Assembly (NCBI RefSeq): GCF_037042905.1
Contig: NC_087251.1
Span: 3,412,001-3,476,000 of the forward strand
DNA from: Lytechinus pictus
Lineage: Eukaryota
DNA: 64,000 nt
Reading direction: 5' to 3'
Shown here one piece after another: positions 12,001-24,999 of the stretch. Position 1 is the stretch's first letter. Every line of letters begins with the position of its first letter. A model generated the notes under the pieces. The model made no database searches, was not told the origin of the DNA, and saw only the letters and a program-made list of their open reading frames with translations. The position numbers and the translations under genes were made by a program.

Positions 12001-15000
12001 TCACATGATTTGCATTCGATGCTTTAGAACCTATATGTCAAATTTCTCTAATAATATTGATGTCAAGCAAATTGTAGAAAATAACCTATTCAAGTAAAAT
12101 ATACTGATCATATAACCTTGTAAGAGCTGTCTTATCAATGTCATGCTTTGACGATTCATATCTCCATATACCAGAGCATCAAGAAGACCTAATGATGTAG
12201 CAGGCATCCCTGCTTTATAATCATGGTGATCTCCTCTATAGAGAGCAATAGCATTGGCTCCATTCCTTAAGAAGCTCTGACCCAGATCACCAACGAGCAT
12301 GTCACCGTTTAATGAGAGCTGAGATGTGACTATTAGAAGGTATCCATTCCTTTGGATAAAATCAAAAGAAAATAAGAGAATTAGCAATCTTATCAATGGA
12401 AAAAAATGTAATTGTTTAGTAATTAATTTCCTCTAGATTTTTTTTATGTACATAAACAATACATGGATATAACATTCTAAGATCATGTAGGAGTTGATAA
12501 AGTTCTTGAGTTTGAGGATGTACTAGGCCAACATTGTTCCGATATCTTCAGTAGATATGAATGTACTACTAATGATCATATGAACAATACTAAGAATAAC
12601 ACTTAAACAGGTTCAAGTACGTGGTTAATAATGAGTGCATATGCAAGTCACATGTTTAGTCTTCAAATATCAAGGACATCGTTGGATTTGAAGAAACTTT
12701 CAACTGCTATTTCATATTACAGACTCGTTAAAAAAACTTATTCTCAATTTTACAATTTGTAATGGTAGTGGCATTGCAGGTTTTCACAATGTAATTCATA
12801 AGACGCTACTTGTCCCACATTGTAAATGTCCCCGAGTATGCTGCATCAGTACTAACACATTCGCACAGGTGCATTTTTTGTAAATTATCATATTTACCAA
12901 ATAAAGCAAATCTAATGAGAAGTACGTTAGATTGTGCACACTAAGGGGACAGTCAAAGCACCTATATTGGCTTAAATTTAACCCAGCTACCATTAAGTCT
13001 TATAAGCTTTCAACTTTGAAATGCAACTTTCAATAAAGACGTTACCTCCTCATTCATTATTCACAGAGCAAACTAAATGAAGGCCAGTCTCACTAAGTAC
13101 ATACCTGAATATTTCAATATCAAATAATAATTACTGCCAAAGTCTCCTTAACACATTTTTTATCCAATTAAATAGAAGAGTTTAAATGAATATATACTGA
13201 CTCATCAGTCTTCTGTCCTTGTAAGGGAATGGTCTTATATGCCCTTCCTCCATTGATCCCTGTGAAGAGTACCAAGACTAAGGAATCCAATGGTGTTGAC
13301 CCTTGACCTCCATCATAAAGTTCAATGAACTCTTGTGATCCACCATCTTGATCTTCCAAGCAAACTTCATTTATAACCACATCAGGAGTAGTGCAGTTGT
13401 TGATTTGCTCTGAAAAGTTAACATGGGCAAAAATTGGGCTAGTATTCTTTGCAAAGACAGTAAGTCATATTTTCTGTCTTCATTGTTTGTCTAAATAAAA
13501 ATGTTTCATCCTAGAATTTATATATTTTATTACACTTGGGCTTTAACACACAAAGTATTGATGGTTGATTATCTTAGCAGCCCTTAAAGAGCACAAATGT
13601 GGTAAAATATTCACATTTGATATGATTTTAACATAAATATATACATAAGGACCTTATCTCATAAAGATAAACCTAAATTACATATCAGAGATGTATCATT
13701 GCAACAAACCTGGTGTAGGCATTGTTGATATAAATGCAGACATGGAAATCGTCCGGTTTGATAGGCACCTTGAAGCAGCACTCCCTGTCTCCATCATGAC
13801 CTGGAGCTGACCAGGAGCTAGAGACGTCATAAGGGAGCTATCAGCTACCAAGGATGATCCATATATGACAGCATCCTGGATGTTCTCTAGGATAAGGATG
13901 GATCCTCTAGGTATGTCCTCTGGGGATGCTCTGTACAGGACTACAGCATCTGATCCTTCCTGTAGGATGTCATCAGGGATGACTATATCAGGTAGAGGTG
14001 TCACACTGGTTGTACCAATTAACAGGAAACCATCAGAGTTAGTGCTATAAATACAAGCAGATTTCATGTAATTGTTATGATAAACACTTAACGAATTAAA
14101 GAGTTAAACGATAAATAAATTATTGATAAGATAAAACAAGCATTACAAAAATAAACCTTCCCCAATTCAAATATTTACAATTATCAATGACTCAATGAAA
14201 TAACAGATAATGGAAATGTGAATACTATGAATGAGAGAAAATAAGATATTTTGTACCAAGTAATAACCTCCTAGTGAATTCATATGAAACATTGTAACAC
14301 AAAAATATTTGCACAACTGAAGTTAAATAATAATTCAATTTTTTTTTTGCAAACTGCACTTTGATACTTTCTGGATAAACACACATTGTGGTCATTTCAA
14401 CACTGAGCACACTGATAAAGAGCAATTAACTCCAATATACTTCCAATGCATATACCTTACATGTATGTAAACACACAAACATGGTGACAGATTATCACTG
14501 TGTCACTACGAGTTATTAAGTAACATTTGTACTTCATTGAAAATGCAGCATTGAAAGAATTATTTGAGCTTGATCATCTTGCAAATTAACAACCAATACA
14601 CCAAACACTCCTACACATTTAGACACACATATGCCTCTCACTTTTAAACTAAGATGTTTTACTCACAATCTATTAGACAGATCTAATTCATAATATGACC
14701 GATCTTCATTGCTGCCATCATAGAATACAAGTAAGAATCCATTCAGTAATATATGACCCACTCCATGGTCATATAGTTCAATGTACTTTCCATGATGATC
14801 TACTGTATCTCCAGCAGCATATACTTCATTGATAATAAGAGCTGGGGAAGAAAAACATTGCATACAAAAATTTAGATTTCGTATTTAGATAAAGAGTACA
14901 CATACAAAGCAGATATAATATAAATTACAATTTTCTTTTAAAAATGAGTAAAGCTACTGAACAATAAAACAATGTTAGTACTGATGTTGATGATGATGAA

Positions 15001-18000
15001 AATAAGCACCACACAATTATTATAAAATCATATATTATCACTATTATTGTAACAGCATTATCAATAATAAAATCCCAATCAACACAGGCAAATCTTAATA
15101 ATAACTTTTATAAATTTGGATTTGAAATTAATCATCCAGAGTAAATAAACTGAATCCTCTATACTTATGCTTTACTTATATTTCGATTTACATATTTTAC
15201 TCTGACTACAAATTATATTGTAACATCCCCTTTCTGAACTATATTTCTATAGTTTACTAGATACTAGTAGATGGCACATTATAAATTCTGCTTTTCTTAT
15301 CATTCTCAGGATACTTGTGATTTGTGCTGTCATTACATGACATCACTTGTCCATTCCAAAAGTTTATCTTCAAAAGCTTAGTTCTCTGACTAAAACTGAA
15401 CAGACATGATAGCCAACATAAATTTTACAACATTCTCAAAATAGATTTGATATGTATACAGACAGTACATACTGCTATCAAAGTCTACGAATGCAGTGCA
15501 GTTGTTGGCTCCACCCATGGTTGGGACAGTGACGGCATAAACTGTTGGGTCACGTTTCTGAGTTCCATGACAACGACTCAAACTTTCATCATACTGTAAG
15601 TGAGTTCGGTCTTCTTTGATTGTGAAGTATCCTGGAGGCAAAACAAAACAGAGGAACATGACAGAAGAAATAGAAATTACAAAATGCGAAAATAATTTAA
15701 AATTACATAAAATATGATGCTGAGAGTAAAGTTGATCCTGTGCTTTTTTGTTTTAATGGTCAACTATTAAGAAACACATGAAAAATTGTTGAGGTGCTCA
15801 TACAAACTGTCTGCACCACAATATATTTTTTTTGAGAGAATGTAATAGATATTACCTCTATTTGGAAATAGTTTCTAATTTGAACATAATTAATTATGTA
15901 TCATAATGACAAAGAACCTTTAACATGCATATCTGTCAAATATTGAAACACTTAGATATATATTTCTTTTCAAATCATACTCTATTTTTTCTTCAATGCA
16001 GTTTTTAAAGTCACTATAATTCATTTTCATTTTCTTCCACTTCCCATGTACCTTCCATTCATTACTTACATATGAAATGCAGAGAATGGTATGCATCTCT
16101 TTAATATAATATTCTTTGCAACTGTTCAGTTTACACAATCTATCAAGTCATTCAGAATATTTTCAAGACATCATTCTAAATTGTTTCACATACATTTACA
16201 ACTAGTTCTAAACAGTCAGAGAAAGAGAAAATGAGTTATTTTCATACCTGGCACCAAAACATCAACAAGTCTTCTACCTTCCTTATTATTAGTAGAATAT
16301 ACCACAGCATCTATCAGACCAGCTGATGTCACACTTGTACCAAATGGAAATGCACCAACATGAGCTCGGTAAATGGCGATAGCATCAGGCCCATTTTGAA
16401 GGAAGCCTCTAGTAGCAGTATGAACCAGCAAGTCAGCATCTAACAAAGTTTGAGATTAATAAGTATGAAAAATTATAATATTGTAAAAATTAGATTAGAA
16501 AAGAATACATGGTAAAGAAGAAAGCGAAAGAGTTTATATGGTTTAATCTACAGGTGGCAGCATGAAATTATTAAAAGTACAGTGTAAATTTGTGGAAAAA
16601 ATTATACAACATCTTAGCAAATATCAAAAATGAAATTATTAAAAGCCATCAATCTCACGGCTGAAAATACATGCAAATACATAAGAAAACTATTTCACTA
16701 AATACATTTCCAAGAAAATATTGAGCTCTCATTTCAATCTGATGCATGAAAAAGATGAAAACAAAAAATCATCAACCTAATGATAAAATATTGGGATAGG
16801 ACAAAGCAGTTTTTTATTCACCATATAATTCAAGAAAATAAACCTATAACATTAACAATACTTCTCAGCATCTAATAAACGACTTTGATTCTAAATGTAT
16901 TTCCAGGTACACATAAACATATTACTATTTTCTGCAAACGGATGACTAAATAATAATTGTAAACACAAACATATATTCTTACTATTGCCCATGAGATGTG
17001 AGCCAATTACAAAGAAGCCATGAGAATTAGTTTGATATCCATCAAGTCCCAGAGCTAGATACGACCTGCCAATATTACTAGCTCCATTATACAGCACCAG
17101 GGTAGTGTAATTCAGTGAAACGTTGCCCCGCCCTCCATCATAAAGTTCAATGAACTCTAATCCATCCATGCCGGGTAGATCAACGTTGATCTCATTAATG
17201 ATGATATCAGTAATGAAAGATGGACAGAGATTAAGACCATCGGGAGAAGGGTTGCACAAAATGAATGGTGACATCATGAAACGGTCCAGGGAGAAGCATC
17301 GACAAAGAGATGAGGAACCTCCTAACATGTCTGATGGTAGCTACATCATTTAAGATATATAAAACAGATTAATAATTGTTTTGCAATTTTAAAGCATTAG
17401 AATTATAATTTGTAAGTATTGAATAATACCATCTCTAAATCATTAACTTCAATAACTATAGGAGTATGAAGTTTAACAACTTATAAAATGGAAAAGAATA
17501 ATGCCTGTTATCACCATCATTGTCAGAACAATGTTTAGTACTTATTATTAAGCAAGAAAGTTCAATTCCATATAAGGTGTTATAATCTTTAAATCATTCT
17601 TAACCACAAAAATAATGAATCATTCGGCTTTTAAATTGTACAAAATTTGACTTTCTCATGTTTGGTTTATTTAAACACAACATATTCTAAAGCTACATAT
17701 CCAAGATCAATTGTATGTCTTACAGGCAGTGAATTAGGTGTGAGAGTTTGACTTGATCTTGTAGATGATCCATTGGTCCAATTACTGTACACAATAGAAT
17801 CCATTAACCCCTCTGTTACTAGTTCAGATCCAATGACTAAAGTTACATTTCCTTGTGCCCTGTACAAGGAAATTGCTCCATAGTTTGTCTTCATGAATCC
17901 TGTTTTAAAAATGGAATAACAATTTTGAAGTTTACATTCATGAATCATGGCTACAGATATATATCAAGGATGGAATGTTAGTCAGGTTTCATCACTGTTT

Positions 18001-21000
18001 AGAATCAACAGGCTTTCCCACATATCTTTCCTGTATCTTTTGAAAAGAAATACAAGCATACATTCAATCATCTCTCTTTTAGAATCTGAAGTCATCTTGC
18101 AATTATTGAGGATGCAATATATGGTATGACACATTTAAACTGGTTAACTCCTGCAAAATCTCATTCCCAAAAACATAACACAAGTAAATTAATTAAAATA
18201 CTTACCATCATTGAGTATATAATGAGGGTTTGGATCTACCACTGCTTCTCCCATGACAAGATAACCAGCTTGATTGGTTTGATATCCAGTAAGAGGGATG
18301 GTCAGATAGGCAATATCACCTTCACCATAAAGCACTACCACAAAGTCATCTAAAATATTTAAAAAAAAAATCATATTTGAAATATACCAATCACAATCAA
18401 TACTGATAAACCTTCTTAACACAAATATCATATATATATTTTTTGTGATCCATCAATTCTAAGTACTAGTAGTTCTTAAGCAATAACATGAGAATATGTC
18501 ACGTTTAAAATACAGAGAGATACAACAGAAATAACTGTTGTTGCCTAATTACATAAAATTACATATCAGTAGTATGTCAGATTAGATACTTACCCAGAAG
18601 AGTGAAGCCATTTCCTAGATCCCATATTTCAATAAATTGCTTGCCTTCTATCAGACTCATTTCATTGATGACTAACACAATATCCTCTGAAGCAGGGCAT
18701 TTATTGACAGCCTTAGGAGACACATTAGCTTTCTCATAAACAATATTTCCACTGGAGTTTCTACATCTGTTGATAGACATATCCATGTTTCCTGTTGTAT
18801 TCTCAAAGGAATATTCTACTTTCTGGATGAGGTATTGGTTGTTAGGAATGGTTCCCTCCATATACATAAACTTCTTGCCCTGGTAGATGGCTATAGCATC
18901 AGGTCCATCAAGTACCCAGCCTACTGGCTGACGGAACCGTGGGACATCAGGGCGAGGGACTGAAAGGCTTCTATAGCCAATCAGCAAGAGGCCGTTCACA
19001 TCTGTCTGGTATCCGTTGAGAGTGAGGGACCGGTGTACTGTCCCATTTTCCCCATTGATGCTCACCTGAAGTAAAAGGAAAGTGAACCATAAATGTTCCA
19101 GCAAAATTTAATTCATCACAATGCATGTTTAGACAATGCCACATAATCAATAAATGTAGGCCTAAATAATTTAGGTGTTATACATTTAGGACAAAATCAA
19201 ATTTTTCATCTCGCACATTTGTTTATTGACAGTGCAAATGTGCAATTAAAAAGGGAACAAAATTTTCAAACATATGGGGAATATCAAATGATCTCCTGCA
19301 TAGCTATTTTCATAGATAAAAGACAAAATGAGACCATTCTGATCAGAACTTCAAAAATAGTGATAAAATTCCTTATTTCAAACTAAACACATTTCTCTCA
19401 CTTTCTACTCATATTCAAGAAAGATATTTCCAATGGGGACTTCCCTCTATTGAGAATAAGTATCAAATGAGACTAGGAAGTTATTACTGATTATGAAAAA
19501 AGTGAAAGTATCACATTCTTCTTACCAAAGATACATTATTGATGGGGAAATGTGGTATTCCAAGACTGGAAAGCTCTACATACTCCCCTAATTCTATAAT
19601 GGGACTGTCTGTATTGATCTCATTAATCACAATAGGTATCTTCGGGCAGGAGTTTGCCATTGCTGGTGTAGGGGTGGAGGTTGCAAAGGCTAGTTGTTGT
19701 TTTGGTTTGGGTGAGTAACAGCGCTGTATAGAATTTAAACCTGAAGAGCAATATATGGAAAGGAAAACAGATAAATGTAAAAGTTAACATCAAGATCAGA
19801 AATGATTACAGTCATTTTCGGGTCTATTACATGGAGATATACCACAAACTTTTCTATTATCTATTTAACAAAAAAAAGGAAATTCTCATCTTAACCTATT
19901 GGAGACTGATATGCAGGATGAAATCTATGGAAAACATGTGTTATAGCACAATAGCATTAATAGTTTGAGCCGAGTATGCAGAAAATCTATGGAAAACATG
20001 TGTTATAGCACAATAGCATTAATAGTTTGAGCCGAGTATGCAGAAAATCTATGGAAAGCATGTGTTATAGCACAATAGCATTAACAGTTTTAGCTGAGTA
20101 TGCAAAACTTAATAACTGCAACTGCAAGAATGATTTCATATATCTTCTGAATTGAATTGATTTTATAAAATTGTCATAAATTCATGAGTTTGTACATTAT
20201 CATTATTCTTTCCCTGAAAACTTAAGCAATCACAAAACTGTACAAGATCATTTGTCAACTAATTTTGTTTAACAAATGATGAACTTTTTTTTAATACTAA
20301 GGATGTTACTGCTATTTTACCAGCAATAGTGAATGTTGACTTACCAGCCAACACCTGATTGTTCATTATAATAAGAGGTTGAGAAATGTCCAAAGACCCG
20401 AGTAATGAGAAATCATCTGTACCATTCCTTCCAAACGTCACAGCATCTAGAACCTTTTCTAATGTAACTGAAACCAGTTGAACATGGCCTGCATCACTCT
20501 GAGAAGAAAAGATAAACCATGATGAAAGCAATACAAACTTACCAGCCAACACCTGATTGTTCATTGTAAGAGGTTGCAGGACTTGCAGGACTTGTTCAAA
20601 AGAACATTGTATCCATTGATGTTTACAATTTAAAGTTTCAAATTTATTTTGGTTGATTTTAGACCCAAGTTGAAGATCCAATAATCAGGGGTGTGAGTGG
20701 TCACAAATAAAAAGATCTGACAAAAGCTGAAACTTGTAGAAAAAGTCTGAAGTTGAAAGAGCTCCCATACTTTTTGTACAGAGGAAAGCCAAAAATAAGC
20801 TGAAATTAAGCTGAAAATCAAAACGAAAAAAATCTGAACGCTCACACCCCTGAATAATGATGAGCCATATTTCCTGGGCACAATGGTGGGCAAGTCCCAA
20901 GAGAATATCAATAAAATTAAAAACTAGATGAATTCCTCACTGCGTTGTCAAAAATTTAGGCCTCTAGCATTGACTGATGTGAAATATATTGAACACCTCA

Positions 21001-24000
21001 CTTCTAAAATTATAAACTTTCATGATTTCACTAGGTCCTATAAATTCATAAACCAAGTATACTTTTGCTTTATTTATTAGATAGAGGTTATTTATTCATA
21101 CAAACCATGTCCTCTATGACCTAGACCTTATGAACCTTAAATGGCATATCACCAATAAACCTGATGAATTCAATATAATGCTCTCACTAAGTAAATCAAA
21201 ATGCTCTTCATGGCTACTATAAAATATATCTTACTTGTATCATAAGAGGTGATGTGTGGTAAAATGTTAGCTCCTCTGTACTATTAGAACCATTGATGAC
21301 AATGATTGGTAGAACACTGGGAGATGGAGACTCAATGATGAAATATCCCTCAGAATTGGTTTTGAAGTCATCCAGGCTAAACCTAAGGTAATAGCTACTT
21401 TTACAATGAAGGGAATAACAAGGAAAAGGTTCATTTCTGGGGATTTAGTTTAAGCTATTTCTCATATATACAACAGAAGTTCATATAGCAAAAGTAAAAG
21501 TCAATATAATGATGATACACATATTCAACTTCATACTAGAATATATGTCAAAGATGGTCCCATAAGTAGTAGAGGAATCAGCTAAAATCATACTGGTAAT
21601 TTTAAAGGATGGTTAATAATAATACCGGAGTATAATTTTTAAGTGCACAACACCTGGTGTAGTTTTCTCTGCATTTTATAATTATAAATCAACAAAATAT
21701 AAATATAAATTACATAAATATAACATTTGGTTTTCATTGTTTAAAAACCTCATATCTCAATGTTTCCAACTAATAGTCGAAGCTGTTTCATTGTATTATC
21801 ACTTAGTTAGTATTTGGTGTAAAAGCTTCATGGGTACTGGGAGACACAACCCCATTAACGGGTAACTGAAATCTTCATGGTGAAATATTATTCTAAAGGG
21901 TATACAGAATAAAATTGAAGATCAATGTACTACCAAGATTTAACAATGGATTTCTTTAACCAAGTTTTCTATCAAATGAGTATCTCTATTCATAATAGTA
22001 TCTTATATCATACCCCCACAATTCCAAGCCCCATCTCACCTTTCACCTTTGGAGTTTACAGTGTACCAATCAACCAGGATATTGAACAGATCAACTCCTC
22101 CTAGTCCACCATCATAGATTTCTATGAAGCCACCACCCGATGTGTCATTGTCAAACTTGACTTCACTGATCCTAAGCTGTTTATGATACATCCTGATGGT
22201 TTCTGTGAATGTCCTGTTGTCTATGAAGCAGTCAATGTTAATAGCACCAGGGCTCACCGGAGCGAGACCAAAGGAAGAATGGTTGCGCTGAAGACAGCAG
22301 TAGCATCTGCTGATGGACTGGTCTACTGATGACGATGCGGTTGATGGAAGTTCATTGAGATGATGTTGATTTGGCATTAACAAGTGAAGGAGGTTTAGAT
22401 CTGGCCTGTCATCTAATGAAGATGAGAACTTACCAATTAGTATATTGAGGAATTACATATTTCAGAGATAACTGATGAAAGAGAACAAATATACAACTTT
22501 CAATTATAAAACGGATAAAACTAATTTAGATCAATCAAGAATATACCTTACTAATATGTTATAAAGAAGAGATACACTGATCTGCTACATGAATGCATGT
22601 AGGATGTACCATATCTACTTAATATAAAAGGTGAAAAGGGCAATGATGCAACAATGAACTTTAAAAAAAAAGAAATACAATCAGATAATTTGGCAAAATA
22701 GATCCAGCAGTGCCAGAGTACTTTAGGGCACATCAAAGATTGGTGGTCCAAACTAATGTGGATTCATAATAGCTAGCCACAGCATTCATTTGTGTACTCA
22801 GAATGTTCCAGTGCCACAGAGAAGATATACGTATGTAAGTGAAGAAGATTGACATTAAAAATAACTGAAATTTTACTTACCTGTTCCATACACCACAGCA
22901 TCTACCAGATTAAGGTCAGATGCCTGTCTGCCTCTGTAGTACTTGGCAGGACCAACATGGATCGCCACAGCATCAGGTCCCTCCTCTAAAAAAGAGCCAT
23001 CTATCATATCTGCAACATAATCTACATTGGTCCTTTCACTTGGTCCTATCACAAAAAATCCTGCTTCATCTGTGGAGTATCCAGTCAAATCCATGACCCT
23101 GAAGGCACTGTTGCTTGTGTCGTCATAAAGCGCTACCACCAGACCATCCAAAGCCTGTGACCCTAAACCGCCATCATATATCTCTATAAACTGGTTGGTC
23201 CCATTTGCAAGGACATTGATTTCATTGATTACAATAGGAGGTGGTGTACAAAGGTTGATTGCCTTCGGAGTCACATCACCTAAAGAAAAGCTTTTATGCA
23301 TAAAACGATCCCATCCTTTACACCGACTCCATGATTGGTTTGTGGTACTTACTGAAACTGGCTCCTGACCCGGTGTAAGGATATCTATCAGATCTTGATC
23401 CTGAGGGAATGTTACCTCACCAAACAAAACAACATCAAGGAGAGCATTCTTTGAAACAGGAGAACCAGCTACAAGTATGTTGGAAAGCTCAGAAAGGTGT
23501 ATGGCAATGGCATTGCAACCTACCAACTGAGGTAGGTTTGGAATCACATAATCTGGAGCAGGTTCCATATCTGCACTTCCAATCAGGAATAAGCCATTCT
23601 CATTAGTGAAATGTCCATTTAGTGACAGAGGATCTCCAAATACTGCAAGACTTCTTCCACTGTACAGAGCAATGAGTATGTTGTCCAAAGCCACGTTTCC
23701 AAGCCCACCATCAAATAGTTCAACAAAGGGTTGAGACTGGTCAACTTTAAATTCGTTTATTACAATATATGGCAATGCTTCAGGATTGATTGGAGGAAAA
23801 CTAGGAAGAGCCTGTGTTGGAATGCTGGGCTCTAATCTTGTGCAATCATTTACTCTGCCAGGGGTGAGATGTGCTAGACTAAATTGTGATGCATCCAAGC
23901 GATCATATCCAGAACATCGACTGATTGACTCATCTTCTGAGATAAAGCCAGAATCTTCATGGATCGTCATCTGTCCAGGTGTGAGAACATCTAATAATTC

Positions 24001-24999
24001 TTGGTCATACCTTCCTCTCTTATCGTACACAACTGCATCAACAAGCGATGAATTTGTGACATTGCTGCCAGCTGATAAGTGACTATTGTTTCCATTGTAC
24101 AAAGCAACAGCAGCTACACCATTTTGCAATATGTTCACATCAAGAGCATGTCCTATCACTTTTTGAGGTCTTGGTACTACATTTTCTGAACCAATAAGAA
24201 AATATCCTAAAGGTTCGATGGAAAGATTTGCCAGGGCAAGGACACCATACATTCTATCAGTTGTGCCACTGTATAACACTAGGGTGTATTCATCCAGTGA
24301 TACTGAAACATTAGCTTTGTTATACAGCTCTACATACTCTGTGGTATCTTCTCCTCGATTGAGAGCATTCAGTTCATTTATGATAATTGGTGAAGGAACT
24401 ATTCTATTCTTACAGTCATTCTTCTCTTTAGGTGTAATGAGAGCAAACAAGAACTCAGTATCATTGCCATCTAAACATCTATTAATTGATAAGTTCACCT
24501 GCTGAAGATAAAGCTGATCTTGGATGATAACCTTGGCAATGTTTAAGTTCTCTAGCAAAACTGAATCATTAGAAGATGCCGAAGTTGAAAAGACAAGAGC
24601 ATCTTCCAGATACCCTGTTGTTGGTTCCATTCCAATTTGAATGGTTCCAGCCTCTCCATCATACAATGCAATAGCTCCAATATATCCATCTCCATGGGCA
24701 GCATCTGTCCACTCCAAATCAACATCTGAAAAAAGATCACTTGAACCAACAGTATAATATCCTCCTGTTGGTAATACAACTTCTGGAAGTCTTTTCACTG
24801 CGATCCCAGAGGATGAATTGAATATTACCAGGGAAAAGTTTGATATTGAAAAGTTACTGGTGCCATCATTGTAGAGTTCAACATACAAACTGTTGTTTGA
24901 TTTATGGCTCAGCCATACTTCATTGATGACAATATCACAATAACATGCAGATGCACTGGTCAGGAGTAGGATCAAGAAGGTATACATGATGTAGCTCAT
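3090..24999 (-). CDS. Large type I transmembrane protein (~2300 aa): signal peptide, 11 LTD-like repeats, SEA-like domain, TM helix, cytoplasmic tail; 20 coding exons
   Basis: Exons in transcript order, all GT-AG and phase-compatible: 22881-24999, 22040-22412, 21235-21394, 20345-20498, 19526-19740, 18594-19065, 18206-18349, 17724-17899, 16983-17340, 16248-16439, 15473-15631, 14667-14841, 13710-14044, 13202-13409, 12117-12349, 11185-11791, 5231-5496, 4430-4639, 3802-3901 (or 3907), 3090-3339. They sum to 6906 nt (2301 aa + stop). N-terminus MSYIMYTFLILLLTSASAC is signal-like. Repeat consensus: IVINE...EFIELYDGG.G...LD...LVLY.G...Y....L.G..T...GFF.IG...LQNGPDA.ALY...L.DAVVY...LTPGQ...S.SRC...PTPG..N.C. 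TM: AVIVGVTVTVIIAVIFVLAFFTY followed by MKRKK. The donor at 17724 is the least certain junction. Confidence 0.88.
3802..3907 (-). CDS. Transmembrane exon of the LTD-repeat protein (not in the ORF track)
   Basis: Minus-strand translation (AP)AVIVGVTVTVIIAVIFVLAFFTYMKRKKSSNIMG. Donor GG|GTAAGT; phases match both neighbouring exons. Confidence 0.88.
4430..5496 (-). CDS. Two exons encoding the end of repeat 11 and a SEA-like juxtamembrane domain
   Basis: Spliced sequence ...TIQLRLEDADFDQWQGRLLWKASVRDAVVRGVKEECKCRFNSNYLK/DDKLLNGSVIYQASLAGLTTDQASDLFDAYTRFVKKTESLEIYGVRYQVD. Its beta-alpha-beta-GSVI-beta-alpha pattern and position just before the TM fit SEA domains (inference). Confidence 0.6.
6592..6634. 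mobile_element. 43-bp TIR-only transposon remnant with a perfect 8-bp TSD
   Basis: TATACGAT|CATAGAGGTGGA...TCCACCTCTATG|TATACGAT. Confidence 0.8.
6678..7667. mobile_element. hAT-like MITE containing a Kolobok-like MITE
   Basis: TIR CAGGGTTCCCAGC...GCTGGGAACACTG with repeated subterminal TTCCCTGA motifs. No clear TSD. Confidence 0.55.
6821..7409. mobile_element. TTAA-flanked Kolobok-like MITE, copy 1
   Basis: TTAA AG(G)TCAAGTCCACCCC...GGAGTGGACTTGTCCT with long imperfect TIRs. Same family as 33601-34202 and 61193-62616. Confidence 0.75.
7860..8636. repeat. Two head-to-tail copies of a Harbinger-like MITE
   Basis: CCCTTTCA(T/C)A.GGTAAAAAAA..TGTAATTTGAAT starts at ~7863 and ~8173. Both copies end in GATTCAAGATTCACGTGT; the second terminates CGTGTGAGAAGGCCC. 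Confidence 0.55.
9043..9745 (+). mobile_element. Tc1/mariner MITE fragment (left end only)
   Basis: TA|CAGTGCGTATCAAAAAGAAGTTTACACTTTG; no matching right TIR found. Confidence 0.45.
19917..20105. repeat. Three tandem 62-bp units (intronic)
   Basis: AAATCTATGGAAAACATGTGTTATAGCACAATAGCATTAATAGTTTGAGCCGAGTATGCAGA x3. Confidence 0.9.
22881..24999 (-). CDS. First coding exon of the LTD-repeat membrane protein (signal peptide, repeats 1-3, most of repeat 4)
   Basis: ORF 22873..24999 (708 aa) with four INE motifs. Acceptor TTCTTCCTCAG upstream (exon starts 25049); donor CAG|GTAAGT at 22880. Confidence 0.92.

Noticed and set aside
22873..24999. Bacterial contamination as the source of the bacterial-looking 708-aa ORF
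   Set aside because: It is bounded by canonical splice sites and continues in phase through 19 more exons interleaved with animal transposons.
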